Source of the DNA: an uncultured Candidatus Saccharibacteria bacterium
GTDB lineage: Bacteria; Patescibacteriota; Minisyncoccia; Ryanbacterales; 2-02-FULL-48-12
Direction of reading: 5' to 3'
Assembly: GCA_964479945.1 (NCBI GenBank)
Contig: CAYZNS010000002.1
Location: 13,172 to 77,171, forward strand
DNA: 64,000 nucleotides
The notes under the pieces are model-generated. The model made no database searches. It was not told the origin of the DNA and worked only from the letters and a program-made list of their open reading frames with translations. The position numbers and the translations under genes were made by a program. Positions 17,918 through 27,696 of this stretch are shown here, one piece after another. How positions within the stretch are numbered: position 1 is the stretch's first letter; every line of letters begins with the position of its first letter.

Positions 17918-19736
17918 TTATTTCATGTATTGATTAACCGGCACATAATCTTTTACATATTCCGGCACTTTATTGCGCCAGCCATTTAATGATTGATATT
18001 CTTCCATGGTAAAAGCACCATAATCACGTGGGAACCTACCAGCATTAATTTCTTGCCTGAATCGCTCATCCCCAACATATACTTTAAGAAAATTTCGGAT
18101 ATGCGGCACATATTTATTTTCCGGCTTGTAGATTGAAATAAATTTCTCAACCTCGTCTTCCAATTTTTCGTCTTTAGATTTGAAAGCGTCAATCAAGCCG
18201 AATACGCGCTCCAGAAATTCGCGCCATGATAAACGGCGGTCAAGATTTTCGCTTTTGCGAATTTTTTCAAGGTTAAGGAAAAGCTCCGGCTTATCTTCGT
18301 ATTTGTCGCGCAGAATTTTTACGGCTTTTTCCCATTGTTCCTGATCCACCGCCTGTTTAACTTCTTCGTCATTTTGGATTTTCTTTCTCGCTTCTTCAAA
18401 TAATTTGCGATCAACCTTCATACCCTCCAATCCGATCGCATATTCTTTGATGATTTTTTCCTTGTCCGGCTCAAAAATCGTAATCTCATCAATATCAACA
18501 GGGCCGGGGCCATCTCCACCAGAACCGCCCTTTTTTATCGGCAATTTTATGGCTTCGTCATAATCAAACTTCTCTTCAAAGTATTCAAAGTTGGCGAAGA
18601 AATCGAAAAACTTGAATTTGTCTTTGATGACTTTTCGCACTTCGCCGTCCTCGTCCTTATATTCAAACGTATATTTTCGAGTGCCGCGGCCTTTCATCTG
18701 CACAAAATCTGTCGGCGAAAAAACAGGACGAAGCAAGGCGAGGTTCAAAATATCTTCGCAGTCATAGCCAGTCGTCATCATACCGACGGTAACGCAGATC
18801 CTTGTTTTACTTGATTTGTAGCCGGGCAGAAATTTTGTGTGGCCGCCCAAGGTATTGTTGGCGAAATTGATCGTCATTTGCGGGGAGCCCTGAATGTTTG
18901 AGGTGATTTGAACGGCAAAATCAGAACTGTATTTGTCTGGCCATACTTGATGAGCTTGTCTGTTTAAGGTTTGCGTAATCTTGGAAGCGTGTTTTTGGCT
19001 GACGCAGAAAATAAGCGTCTTGCCCATCTCGCCGCTTATCGGATCTTTCAAGGCATTTTCAATAATGGATTTGCAGAACACCTGATTTGTTTTGTCGGAA
19101 AAGAATTTTTTCTCAAAGTCGCGCTGGAAAAAAGTTTCTTCGGTTTCTTCGCCTTCTTCATTTTCAACCATTACCGCATAGCCCTTTTCCGAAAGAAGCT
19201 CCGTGGTAATGTCGGTACGCGCGTCAACGGCAACAGGATTGATGAGGTAGCCGTCTTTTACGCCATCAAGCAAGGTATATCTGAACGTCGGCTCGCCGCT
19301 CGGACAGCCAAAAGTCGTGTAGGTATCCAATAGTTGCCTGCGTTCCCACGCGCGCGGATCATTTGCTGAGAGTTTTTGAGAATCAACATTTTTTAGATAA
19401 TCTTTCGGCGTTGCAGTAAGTCCGAGTTTATATCCGACAAAGTATTCAAAGACGGCGCGCCTGTTCTTTGCCGTCGAGCGGGTCTTTCTCCTCTTTCTTT
19501 GCTTCCAAAACGACAAATGGAAATCCCTTTTCGTCTAGCAGTAGGAAATCAATAAATCCGCCTTTGGTACTTTCAAAATCTTCGCCAAAAGCGTCAATGT
19601 CTTTCTTTGCGATTTTTACGTTTGGTTCAAGCTGGATATTTGCCGATTCTTTTTCGTCATCAAAAAATCGCCACCCTACATCTTCAAGCAGTTTGTTAAT
19701 TTTAATTCTCGCCTTTGCTTCTTTGGAATTTGCCAT
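17918..19736 (-). pseudogene. hsdR: Type I RM restriction subunit with internal deletion and frameshift
   Basis: N-terminal nuclease (DFLL..VVLEAK) joins out of frame to AVFEYF.GYKLGLTATP; Walker A and DEAH box are missing; later motifs MMTTGYD and QMKGRGTR are intact. Confidence 0.8.
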
Positions 19737-19740
19737 AAAT

Positions 19741-20208
19741 TTACTTTGCGGTTCTTTCGCCGTTTAATATCCTCTCGAACGCTTCGAGGTTGCCCATGGC
19801 GTCATTAACAGGATTGTGGTCATGTGCTGTAACTCGCAGCTTTTTCCATGAGCTCGCGTCGGTAAAGTCACCGACGAGCCCGGCATAAAAATCGCCGATT
19901 CTCCTCGCGGAATGACCGAATGGGTTTTTGCCGAGAAATAGATGAAAATAATAATTTATGAATTGCCAGTCGTAAGCCGGATTGTCGCTCACGAATAGCG
20001 GTCTGAATCCTTTCTCTATCACCGATAAAATCCATGTATCGAAATTTTCGAATGTTTCTTTTTTCGCCCCTATTCCGTGGAATGCTTGTTTTGAAGGATA
20101 AGCGATTGCGCCAAATTCAAATGACGCCGAGTCGTTCAATGTCGGTGCGGGCCCGTGTCCTTCACAATCCACGAATATTAAGTTTTTAATGGCGATTTCC
20201 TTTGGCAT
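19741..20208 (-). CDS. DEDDh-type 3'-5' exonuclease
   Basis: FVDCE, SDNPAYDWQF, HDHNPVNDA motifs; start taken at MPKEI. Confidence 0.75.
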   Translation of the reverse strand: MPKEIAIKNLIFVDCEGHGPAPTLNDSASFEFGAIAYPSKQAFHGIGAKKETFENFDTWILSVIEKGFRPLFVSDNPAYDWQFINYYFHLFLGKNPFGHSARRIGDFYAGLVGDFTDASSWKKLRVTAHDHNPVNDAMGNLEAFERILNGERTAK

Positions 20209-20210
20209 AT

Positions 20211-21482
20211 TTATTTGTTGGGCTTTTCCAATAGCCATTTCCAAAGCGGCTTTAACTGTATGGTTTTTCCGTCTCGTTTTACTTCGCGCTCTTCATCCCA
20301 TGTAAGTACGGTCAACTTTGACACTTTCAGTTCTTCTCCAGCTTCGGCTAAAGATTTCACTTCGCGCTGTTCAACATCGGGATTTCTTAAGTCGTAAGAA
20401 ATCTGAATAAGTTCGGATGTCTCGTATCCGTACCGAATCGCAAAATCGACCTCTCGATCGTTACGGGTCTTGTAATAAAATAATTCTCGGTTCGGCTCAA
20501 ATCCTCTTTTTACCAATTCGGTAAAGACAAGATTTTCCATGAGCTTGCCGTTATCAGGAGAATGCTGAACGGCTTTGGAAGCAACAAAACCGTTATCTAC
20601 CGTGTATATCTTTTTGGGTGAACGCAGGCGTTCACTGGCTTTCGCGGAAAATCCGGAAAGGGAAAAAACGACGTATGCTTCCTCGAGATATTTAAGATAC
20701 CGCTCAAGCGTCACATTACTCTTGAATTTCAAAACGTTTGCGAGCTTCCGGAAACTATACTGACTGGAAACATTGTTTATTAAAAATGTTCCGAGCTGAT
20801 CTATCTGCTCGGAAAAACGAACCTTGTGGCGCTTCACCACGTCCTTAAAAAGGAGTGCATCGAAAAGCACATCCAAATATCCGCGCGGATGCTGATTCTT
20901 TATCACCACTTCGGGAAAGCCGCCGAATGCCATATACTGCTCCAGCAATTTCAAAAGCTCTGATTTCTGGTCAAACTCTGAGAAGTTTTTAGCTTTTAGA
21001 AATTCTTGAAAATCAAACGGCATTATTTCTATGGGCATATGTCTCCCCGTCAAATGTGTCGCAAGCTCCATTGATAAGAGATTCGCGTTCGATCCGGTTA
21101 TCACGAGATTGTATCCCTGGCGGTGCAGGCGGTTGGCGAACAGTTCCCAGCCTCGAAGGTTTTGTATTTCGTCGAATAAGGCGAGTTTGGTATCGCCGTA
21201 GAATTTGTGTAACTCATCCACGAGCTCGTATAAATCCAATTTTTCTCCGACCAACGCCGGATCGTCAAAATTAAAATAGAGAAAAGGCTTGCCTCTTAGG
21301 AGCATGAGGGAAAAGACGGACTTGCCGGCGCGGCGCGGGCCGAGCACCACCTTAATCAAAGGCGAGGACATCCATTCTGAACCCTTCGCCAGCTTAGTCC
21401 TTTCCACATAGGTCAAATTAGCCAAGGCTACTTTTTCTTGGTTTTGTTTGGATATAACCTCTTTTAACAGGCTTTTTTGCAT
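20211..21482 (-). CDS. AAA ATPase with DUF4143-type C-terminus
   Basis: GPRRAGKS, FDEIQ, ITGSN, GGFPE, PKKIY..DNG, ENLV, EVDF. Confidence 0.9.
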   Translation of the reverse strand: MQKSLLKEVISKQNQEKVALANLTYVERTKLAKGSEWMSSPLIKVVLGPRRAGKSVFSLMLLRGKPFLYFNFDDPALVGEKLDLYELVDELHKFYGDTKLALFDEIQNLRGWELFANRLHRQGYNLVITGSNANLLSMELATHLTGRHMPIEIMPFDFQEFLKAKNFSEFDQKSELLKLLEQYMAFGGFPEVVIKNQHPRGYLDVLFDALLFKDVVKRHKVRFSEQIDQLGTFLINNVSSQYSFRKLANVLKFKSNVTLERYLKYLEEAYVVFSLSGFSAKASERLRSPKKIYTVDNGFVASKAVQHSPDNGKLMENLVFTELVKRGFEPNRELFYYKTRNDREVDFAIRYGYETSELIQISYDLRNPDVEQREVKSLAEAGEELKVSKLTVLTWDEEREVKRDGKTIQLKPLWKWLLEKPNK

Positions 21483-21532
21483 AGTATTTTAGTCGTATTA
21501 AACATTATATGCCTTTTTTGTTCATTACAATT

Positions 21533-21561
21533 ATTATATTAAACATAAGGGGAAAATGCAA
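21533..21561 (-). promoter_or_regulatory. Sigma70-type promoter of the RM cassette
   Basis: TTGCAT-17 nt-TATAAT on the minus strand. Confidence 0.6.
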
Positions 21562-21600
21562 TAACCGTGAATTATTATTCTCATTTTACTCTCACCCTTT

Positions 21601-22230
21601 TTAGCCGTTCTGTACACACCCGTTAAACGTACGCCGGTGGTGGGGCGTGAGGCCGAATCTTGCTATGGATTCCCGGTGCTCCGCTGTGCCATATCCTTTG
21701 TTCCGCTCAAACCCGTAGCGCGGGTATGTATGGTGCAGGCGCGTCATATAGCGGTCGCGGTGCACTTTTGCCACAATGGAAGCCGCGGCAATCAAAGGCA
21801 CGCGCTCATCACCCTTTATGATCGTCTGCTGGTTTTTATATGCGGGAGGAGCGGCTAGACCGCCGTCTAGTAGAATTATGAATCTGGAATTATGAATTAT
21901 GGGAAATGCCTTGAGAAGTTTCCGCAATGACCTCATAACGGCGACAGAACAAGCCCATCTGATTCCGTTTTTATCAATGACAGAATGAGAAACGGAACTA
22001 ATGGTACACGGAAAGTTTTTTCTAATTATTTTATCCCACCCTTCCCTCTGTTTTGATGAAAGTCTTTTTGAATCGCGTATATTTTTTAACCCATAATTCA
22101 TAATTCCAGATTCATAATTCACCATTGCGGCCACTGCCGCAATGGTTACCGGTCCCGCCAACGGCCCCCGCCCCACTTCGTCTATTCCTATAATCCACAC
22201 CTGCGTGGCGCGTCCCTTGACTGTATCCAT
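21601..22230 (-). CDS. rnhB: Ribonuclease HII
   Basis: IGIDEVGRGPLAGPV, RDSK, IIKGD, IAAASIVAKV.RD, KGYGT, HRRTF; start uncertain. Confidence 0.92.
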   Translation of the reverse strand: MDTVKGRATQVWIIGIDEVGRGPLAGPVTIAAVAAMVNYESGIMNYGLKNIRDSKRLSSKQREGWDKIIRKNFPCTISSVSHSVIDKNGIRWACSVAVMRSLRKLLKAFPIIHNSRFIILLDGGLAAPPAYKNQQTIIKGDERVPLIAAASIVAKVHRDRYMTRLHHTYPRYGFERNKGYGTAEHRESIARFGLTPHHRRTFNGCVQNG

Positions 22231-22257
22231 ATCACTATGGTACGCTATACATATCGT

Positions 22258-22617
22258 ATGACTCAACAAGTTCTCTCGTTTTTCCAGATAGGCGTGGCCG
22301 TTTTGCTGGGTGCCGCCATTCTACTTCAGCAAAAAGGAGCGGGCCTTTCCAGCGCTTTCGGCGGAGAAGGCGGCTTTTACCGTACGAAACGGGGATTTGA
22401 GAAAATTCTTTTGGTATCCACCATAATCCTTTCCATTTTATTCGTTGCGACAGGCATTGTGCGCATTGTTATGGCTCCCAATATGCCTGCCGCTCCGGTC
22501 ATTCCCGGTGATAGCGGTATCATCCCTTCATTTGAACTTGGCGCTGAAGAGTCACCGACGCCGCTCATAAGTCCGGAAGTTGAAATTTCGGGCGAAACGG
22601 CGCCTTCTCAAGAATAA
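22258..22617 (+). CDS. secG: Preprotein translocase subunit SecG
   Basis: ILLQQKGAGLSSAFGG..YRTKRGFEK with two TM helices. Confidence 0.9.
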   Translation: MTQQVLSFFQIGVAVLLGAAILLQQKGAGLSSAFGGEGGFYRTKRGFEKILLVSTIILSILFVATGIVRIVMAPNMPAAPVIPGDSGIIPSFELGAEESPTPLISPEVEISGETAPSQE

Positions 22618-22619
22618 AT

Positions 22620-24332
22620 ATGCCTCCAATTTTTTCCCTGTTTCGGAATTTTTCTTCCACTCAACGCCGCGTATTGCCGCGCCTGTTTACGCGCGGAGAC
22701 AAGATATTGCTTGTATTTTTTGTGCTATCGTTTCTTGCATCCGGCACATATGCCGGCCTTGCCCTTACGGACACGTATTCCGATTCTGTTCCAGCAGATG
22801 GCGGATCATTCCGCGAAGGCATTGTCGGCATTCCTCGTTTCATAAACCCGCTGCTTGTAATCTCGGACGCTGATCGCGATGTAACCAGCATTGTCTACAC
22901 CGGGTTGCTGCGCCACGACGGCAAAGGCAATCTAGCGCTCTCATTGGCGGAACACTACGAAATATCGGAAGATGGACTTTCCTATACATTCTACCTTCAC
23001 CGCAATGCGCGGTGGAGCGACGGCGCGCCGCTTGGCGCCGATGACGTAATCTATACCATCTCGCTCGCGAAAGACCCGCAATACCGAAGCGTGATACGGC
23101 CCAATTGGGAAGGCGTTACGGTAGAAAAAATAGATGATTATACGGTCATATTCACGCTGGCAAAACCCTATGCGCCATTTCTTGAAAACGCAACGCTCGG
23201 CATTCTGCCCAAACACATCTGGCGCGAAGTGCTCCCCGCCGAGTTTCCGTTGAGCGAGTTTAATCTGCGCCCCGTAGGCGCGGGCCCCTATCGCGCCGTT
23301 GGGTTTGAACAGCAGCCAAACGGCCGCATTGCGTCATACGCGCTTGAAGCAAATCCCTACTATCTGCCGGCCGCTCCGCATATCTCACAGATCAAGCTTA
23401 TGTTCTTTACGTCAGCCGCGGAACTTCTTGAAGCGCGCGCCGGAAACCTAATAGATACCGCAAGCATGTCCGCCGCATTAGACGTGCCGGCGGGCGATAC
23501 GGTAATACGATTGCCGATTGCACGCATATTCGGCGTGTTCTTCAATCAAAATTCCACTGAAGTGCTTGCCGATGAGGCGGTACGCGAGGCGCTCCAATAC
23601 GCAACGGACCGGCAGCGTCTCGTCACGGATGTTCTGCATACAAACGGAATCCCCATCCATACTCCCCTTCCCATCTCCGGCACGGGCGCGCTATCAGATC
23701 AGGCAGCATTCCACCTTAATGTTGCGAGTTCCACCGCGTTGCTGGAACGCGCCGGTTGGACGGATGAAGATAACGACGGTATCAGGGAGAAAAATATAAA
23801 TGACCAAACAATACGCTTGGCATTTACCATAAGCACAACCAATGCGCCTGATCTTGCTGCCACTGCCCGATTGTTACAAGAGATGTGGAAAGCGGTGGGC
23901 GCGGACGTACAGGTTGCCATTTTTGAAATCGGCGATTTTGAGCAAAATATCCTGCGGCAACGCAATTATGAATCCCTGTTGTTTGGCGAAGTGTTCGGCT
24001 ATGACCCGGATCCATTTGCCTTTTGGCATGCGTCCCAACGCAACGATCCAGGCCTCAATATTGCGCTCTATACCAACCCCCAAGCAGACACGCTGCTGGA
24101 AAAAGCCCGTACCGTAACAGACAGAACGGCGCGCCACGCCATATATGAAGAATTTCAAAGCATTGTGCTTGCAGATAATCCCGCCGTATTTTTATATAGT
24201 CCGGAATATGCGTACGTTCCAGTCGGTTCAATAAAGAATATAAACCTGACGCAAATAGTAGTGCCTTCCGACCGTTTCGGCAGCATCCATGAGTGGTACA
24301 TCAAAACGAAGAAGCAGTGGAAAGGGTTTTAA
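22620..24332 (+). CDS. ABC peptide-binding protein (SBP family 5)
   Basis: INPL, LAEHYEISEDGLSYTF, WSDGAPL.ADDV, PVGAGPY, VREAL, DPFAFWH. Confidence 0.9.
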   Translation: MPPIFSLFRNFSSTQRRVLPRLFTRGDKILLVFFVLSFLASGTYAGLALTDTYSDSVPADGGSFREGIVGIPRFINPLLVISDADRDVTSIVYTGLLRHDGKGNLALSLAEHYEISEDGLSYTFYLHRNARWSDGAPLGADDVIYTISLAKDPQYRSVIRPNWEGVTVEKIDDYTVIFTLAKPYAPFLENATLGILPKHIWREVLPAEFPLSEFNLRPVGAGPYRAVGFEQQPNGRIASYALEANPYYLPAAPHISQIKLMFFTSAAELLEARAGNLIDTASMSAALDVPAGDTVIRLPIARIFGVFFNQNSTEVLADEAVREALQYATDRQRLVTDVLHTNGIPIHTPLPISGTGALSDQAAFHLNVASSTALLERAGWTDEDNDGIREKNINDQTIRLAFTISTTNAPDLAATARLLQEMWKAVGADVQVAIFEIGDFEQNILRQRNYESLLFGEVFGYDPDPFAFWHASQRNDPGLNIALYTNPQADTLLEKARTVTDRTARHAIYEEFQSIVLADNPAVFLYSPEYAYVPVGSIKNINLTQIVVPSDRFGSIHEWYIKTKKQWKGF

Positions 24333-24343
24333 TTTGGTAATTT

Positions 24344-24577
24344 GGGCAAGTGGCGGAATTGGTATACTTGCCCGCCTATACCTGCGCCGAAGTGGCGGAA
24401 TTGGCAGACGCGCTAGCTTCAGGAGCTAGTATCCGCAAGGATGTGAGGGTTCGAATCCCTCCTTCGGCATAGACATAGACAATGGTGGGCGGGCGCGTAC
24501 GGCGAAAAGCAACTGGTGTTGCTTTTCGCGGAGCGTATGGGGTAACCCTTGAGGGTTCGAGTCCCTCCTTGCCACCA
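24344..24577 (+). other. Split tRNA-Leu-like gene with two insertions
   Basis: 5' part GGGCAAGTGGCGGAATTGGTATAC (24344-24367); 3' part GCGTACG...GGAGCGTATGGGGTAACCCTTGAGGGTTCGAGTCCCTCCTTGCCACCA (24495-24577). Confidence 0.7.
24386..24469 (+). tRNA. tRNA-Leu (CAG)
   Basis: Acceptor GCCGAAG/CTTCGGC+A, anticodon arm CTAGC-TTCAGGA-GCTAG, long variable arm, GGTTCGAATCC. Confidence 0.95.
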
Positions 24578-24599
24578 CATCAAAAAACTTACAAGAGTA

Positions 24600-24684
24600 T
24601 GTCATTGCGAGCAAAGCGAAGCAATCCCATGAATATCTTAAAAAATTACGGGATTGCCGCGTCGCTTCGCTCCTCGCAATGACA
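24600..24684. repeat. REP-like palindromic element (GTCATTGCGAG...CTCGCAATGAC), copy 1
   Basis: Terminal inverted repeats; related copies at 28.5 and 63.5 kb. Confidence 0.85.
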
Positions 24685-24711
24685 ACATTCTATTACTAAT
24701 AAATAATCTTT

Positions 24712-26577
24712 ATGCAAACAAAAGAACAAGAACAAAAGCAGGCGGATAAACCAGTCAGCCGGCAGGCGGGCGCAGGACGGCATCAACGATCATCTACCGG
24801 CCCGCGCACGCGGAGAGGATTGCCGTCGGCTTCAAAAACAAGCCAGCAAAGCCCTCCCTTCAACGGAAACGGCGACACGTTACGTATGCCGCCAACAGTC
24901 GCGAAAGGGAAACTGCGCATCATTCCGCTGGGCGGCCTGGAAGAAGTCGGCCGCAATATGACCGTCTTAGAATACGAGAACGACGTCATTATTATAGACA
25001 TGGGCCTGCAATTCCCGGAAGAAAACATGCCGGGCATTGACTATATCATCCCCAATATTGCCTACCTTATGCCCCGCCGCAAGAATATCCGCGGCGTCAT
25101 TATCACGCACGCGCATTACGACCATATCGGCGCCATCCCGCATCTCATGCCGAAGCTCGGCAAGCACATCCCGCTGTTCGGCACCGATATTACCATCGCG
25201 ATCATACATAAGCGCCAGGACGACTACCGCGAAATATCCGGCGCCATCAAAACGCGCGAGGTTACCAACAATACACGCCTGAAGCTTGGCGTCTTCGAGA
25301 TTGTATTCTTCGGCGTGTCTCACAATGTACCCGGATCCGTCGGCGTTATCATAAAGACGCCCGCGGGAATTATAGTGCACACGGGCGACTTTAAACTGGA
25401 CCTTAAATCCGATATCGCGGGCAAAACGGAAATAGACAAAATAAAAGCGCTGGGACAAAAGAACGTGCTTGCTTTAATGTCTGACAGCACCAACGCGCGC
25501 GAGCCGGGCCATCAGTATAGCGAACACGAAATAAAAACGGAGTTGGAAACTATAATCGCCAAATCCAAAGGGCGCCTTATCATAGGCACATTCGCGTCTC
25601 TCCTGGGGCGGCTGCAGCAGATAATCCAACTTGCCGAGCGGCACAAGAAGAAAGTGGTAATTGAAGGGCGTTCCATGCGGATCAATATCGAAATAGCGCG
25701 GCAGCTTGGCTATATGAAGTTCGATAAAGATACAATCATCCCCGTGCAAGAAGTGCCCGACTATCCGCCGCACAAGGTAATTATATTAGCCACCGGCGCG
25801 CAGGGAGAATCCAACGCAGTTCTTATGCGGATTGTAAACAAGGAACACAAGTTCCTGCGCATCCAGCCCGGCGACACCGTTGTATTTTCTTCGTCTGTAA
25901 TCCCCGGCAACGAACGCTCCGTGCAATATCTCACCGACAAGCTTTATCGCGACGGCGCGGAGGTCATCAACTACAAGATGCTTGACATTCACGCAGGCGG
26001 ACACGCAAAACAGGAAGATTTAAAATTAATGATAAGCCTGGTCAAGCCGCAGTATCTCATCCCTATTGAAGGTAATCATTCGTTCCTCAAAATCCACGGA
26101 AAAATTGCGCGCGACATTGGCTTTCCGGCCGAGCGCATTCTTATTGCCGACAATGGTCAGATACTAGAGAGCATCGGCAAACAGGAGTTGGAGTTAACAC
26201 AGCATTTCGCGCCCGCGAACTATATATTCGTAGACGGCCTGGGCGTGGGCGATGTGGAAGAAGTGGTGCTGCGCGACCGCCAGATGCTCGCGGAAGACGG
26301 CATGTTTGTCATTATAGCCGTAGTGGATTCGCAGACCGGCAACGTGCGCGGCAGCCCCGATATCATATCGCGCGGGTTCGTATATTTGCGCGAATCGCGG
26401 GAACTTCTGCACGAAGCGCGCGGCCGGATCCGGCGCACCATAGAAGAGACAACGCAGAAAATGCATCCGCTGAACTTGGCTTACGTAAAAGATAAAATCC
26501 GCGAGCAGATAGGACAGTTTCTGTTTTTGAAGACGCAGAGGCGCCCGATGGTGCTTCCGGTCATTATAGAGGTTTAA
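24712..26577 (+). CDS. rnj: Ribonuclease J
   Basis: IIPLGGLEEVGRNM, THAHYDHIG, HTGDFK, DSTNA, GAQGE, HAGGHA, RRPMVLPVIIEV. Confidence 0.95.
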   Translation: MQTKEQEQKQADKPVSRQAGAGRHQRSSTGPRTRRGLPSASKTSQQSPPFNGNGDTLRMPPTVAKGKLRIIPLGGLEEVGRNMTVLEYENDVIIIDMGLQFPEENMPGIDYIIPNIAYLMPRRKNIRGVIITHAHYDHIGAIPHLMPKLGKHIPLFGTDITIAIIHKRQDDYREISGAIKTREVTNNTRLKLGVFEIVFFGVSHNVPGSVGVIIKTPAGIIVHTGDFKLDLKSDIAGKTEIDKIKALGQKNVLALMSDSTNAREPGHQYSEHEIKTELETIIAKSKGRLIIGTFASLLGRLQQIIQLAERHKKKVVIEGRSMRINIEIARQLGYMKFDKDTIIPVQEVPDYPPHKVIILATGAQGESNAVLMRIVNKEHKFLRIQPGDTVVFSSSVIPGNERSVQYLTDKLYRDGAEVINYKMLDIHAGGHAKQEDLKLMISLVKPQYLIPIEGNHSFLKIHGKIARDIGFPAERILIADNGQILESIGKQELELTQHFAPANYIFVDGLGVGDVEEVVLRDRQMLAEDGMFVIIAVVDSQTGNVRGSPDIISRGFVYLRESRELLHEARGRIRRTIEETTQKMHPLNLAYVKDKIREQIGQFLFLKTQRRPMVLPVIIEV

Positions 26578-26594
26578 TATCCAATCGCAGAAAA

Positions 26595-26688
26595 ATTGAA
26601 AATGTAAAATGCAAAAATCAAAATGACAATTCAAAATTTTAAAATTTTACATTGTCATTTTACATTTTGATTTTTAAATTTTACATTA
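26595..26688. repeat. Inverted pair of degenerate heptamer arrays
   Basis: AAATGTA/AAATGCA/AAAATCA arm faces a TTTTACA/TTTTGAT arm. Confidence 0.7.
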
Positions 26689-26693
26689 CGCTT

Positions 26694-27695
26694 ATGAACC
26701 ACGGATCTTCAAAAAAACCAATACTACTCTCCGGAGCAAAACCCTCCGGCGAGCTTCACATCGGCAACTACATCGGCGCTATCCGACAATGGATTGCTTT
26801 GCAAGACACGCATGAGACCTACGTGCCCATTGTGGACCTGCACGCACTCACCGAGCCGCAGGATCCGGAGAAATTGCGCGCGCAAATCTTAGAAATCACG
26901 GCCGACTATGTCGCTTTAGGACTTGATCCGGAGCGCGCCGCTATTTTTCTGCAATCCGCCGTGCCCGCGCACGCCCAGCTTATGTGGGTACTTGCCACCA
27001 TTTCCGCCATGGGCGAGCTGGAACGCATGGTGGTGTACAAGGAAAAACTTGAAGAAGGCAAGCCGGCGAACGCGGGACTGTTCACCTACCCCATCCTCAT
27101 GGCGGCGGATATTTTATTGTACAAGCCCACCATCGTGCCCGTTGGCGAGGATCAGCGCCAGCATCTGGAATTTACGCGGACGCTTGCGCGCAAATTCAAC
27201 AAGCGCTTCGGGTTGACGTTCCCGGTCCCCAAAGAATTTAAGCTGGACGCGGGCAAAAAAATTCTCTCGCTCACAGATCCCGCCAAAAAAATGTCTAAGT
27301 CGCACGGCGTAATGTCATATATCGCCCTAGCCGACGCGCCAGAAAAAATACGGCAGAAAATAAAAACGGCCGTTACCGATTCCGGCAGCGCTATCAAATA
27401 CGACACAGTGACAAAACCGGCCATTTCCAATTTGATGGCAATATATCACGCGTTTTGCGGAAAAGAGTTCGCCGCAATTGAAAAAGAATTCGCCGGCAAA
27501 AGTTATAAAGAATTCAAAGAAGCACTCGCGGAGCTGGTAATTGAAAAACTGCGCCCCGTGCAGGAGAAGCGAAAGGAATTACTTGAAAACAAGAGTAACC
27601 TTATCAAAATTCTCGAAGAAGGAGCCGCGAAAGCGAACGCAAAAGCATCGGAGACGCTGGAAGAGGTACATAGGAAGGTGGGGTTGAAAGTATAA
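26694..27695 (+). CDS. trpS: Tryptophanyl-tRNA synthetase
   Basis: HIGN, YPILMAADIL, VPVGEDQ, KMSKS. Confidence 0.95.
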   Translation: MNHGSSKKPILLSGAKPSGELHIGNYIGAIRQWIALQDTHETYVPIVDLHALTEPQDPEKLRAQILEITADYVALGLDPERAAIFLQSAVPAHAQLMWVLATISAMGELERMVVYKEKLEEGKPANAGLFTYPILMAADILLYKPTIVPVGEDQRQHLEFTRTLARKFNKRFGLTFPVPKEFKLDAGKKILSLTDPAKKMSKSHGVMSYIALADAPEKIRQKIKTAVTDSGSAIKYDTVTKPAISNLMAIYHAFCGKEFAAIEKEFAGKSYKEFKEALAELVIEKLRPVQEKRKELLENKSNLIKILEEGAAKANAKASETLEEVHRKVGLKV

Positions 27696-27696
27696 C

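Larger units (their letters stand above)
14361..21614. mobile_element. Integrase-less defence cassette bounded by 20-bp direct repeats
   Basis: CCCTTTTTAGCCGTTCTGTA at 14361-14380 and 21595-21614; the right copy contains the rnhB stop codon. Confidence 0.75.

Noticed and set aside
24360-24500. Archaeal BHB intron or group I intron in the outer tRNA
   Set aside because: The junctions do not form a 3-4-3 bulge-helix-bulge, and the insert is too short and mostly tRNA.
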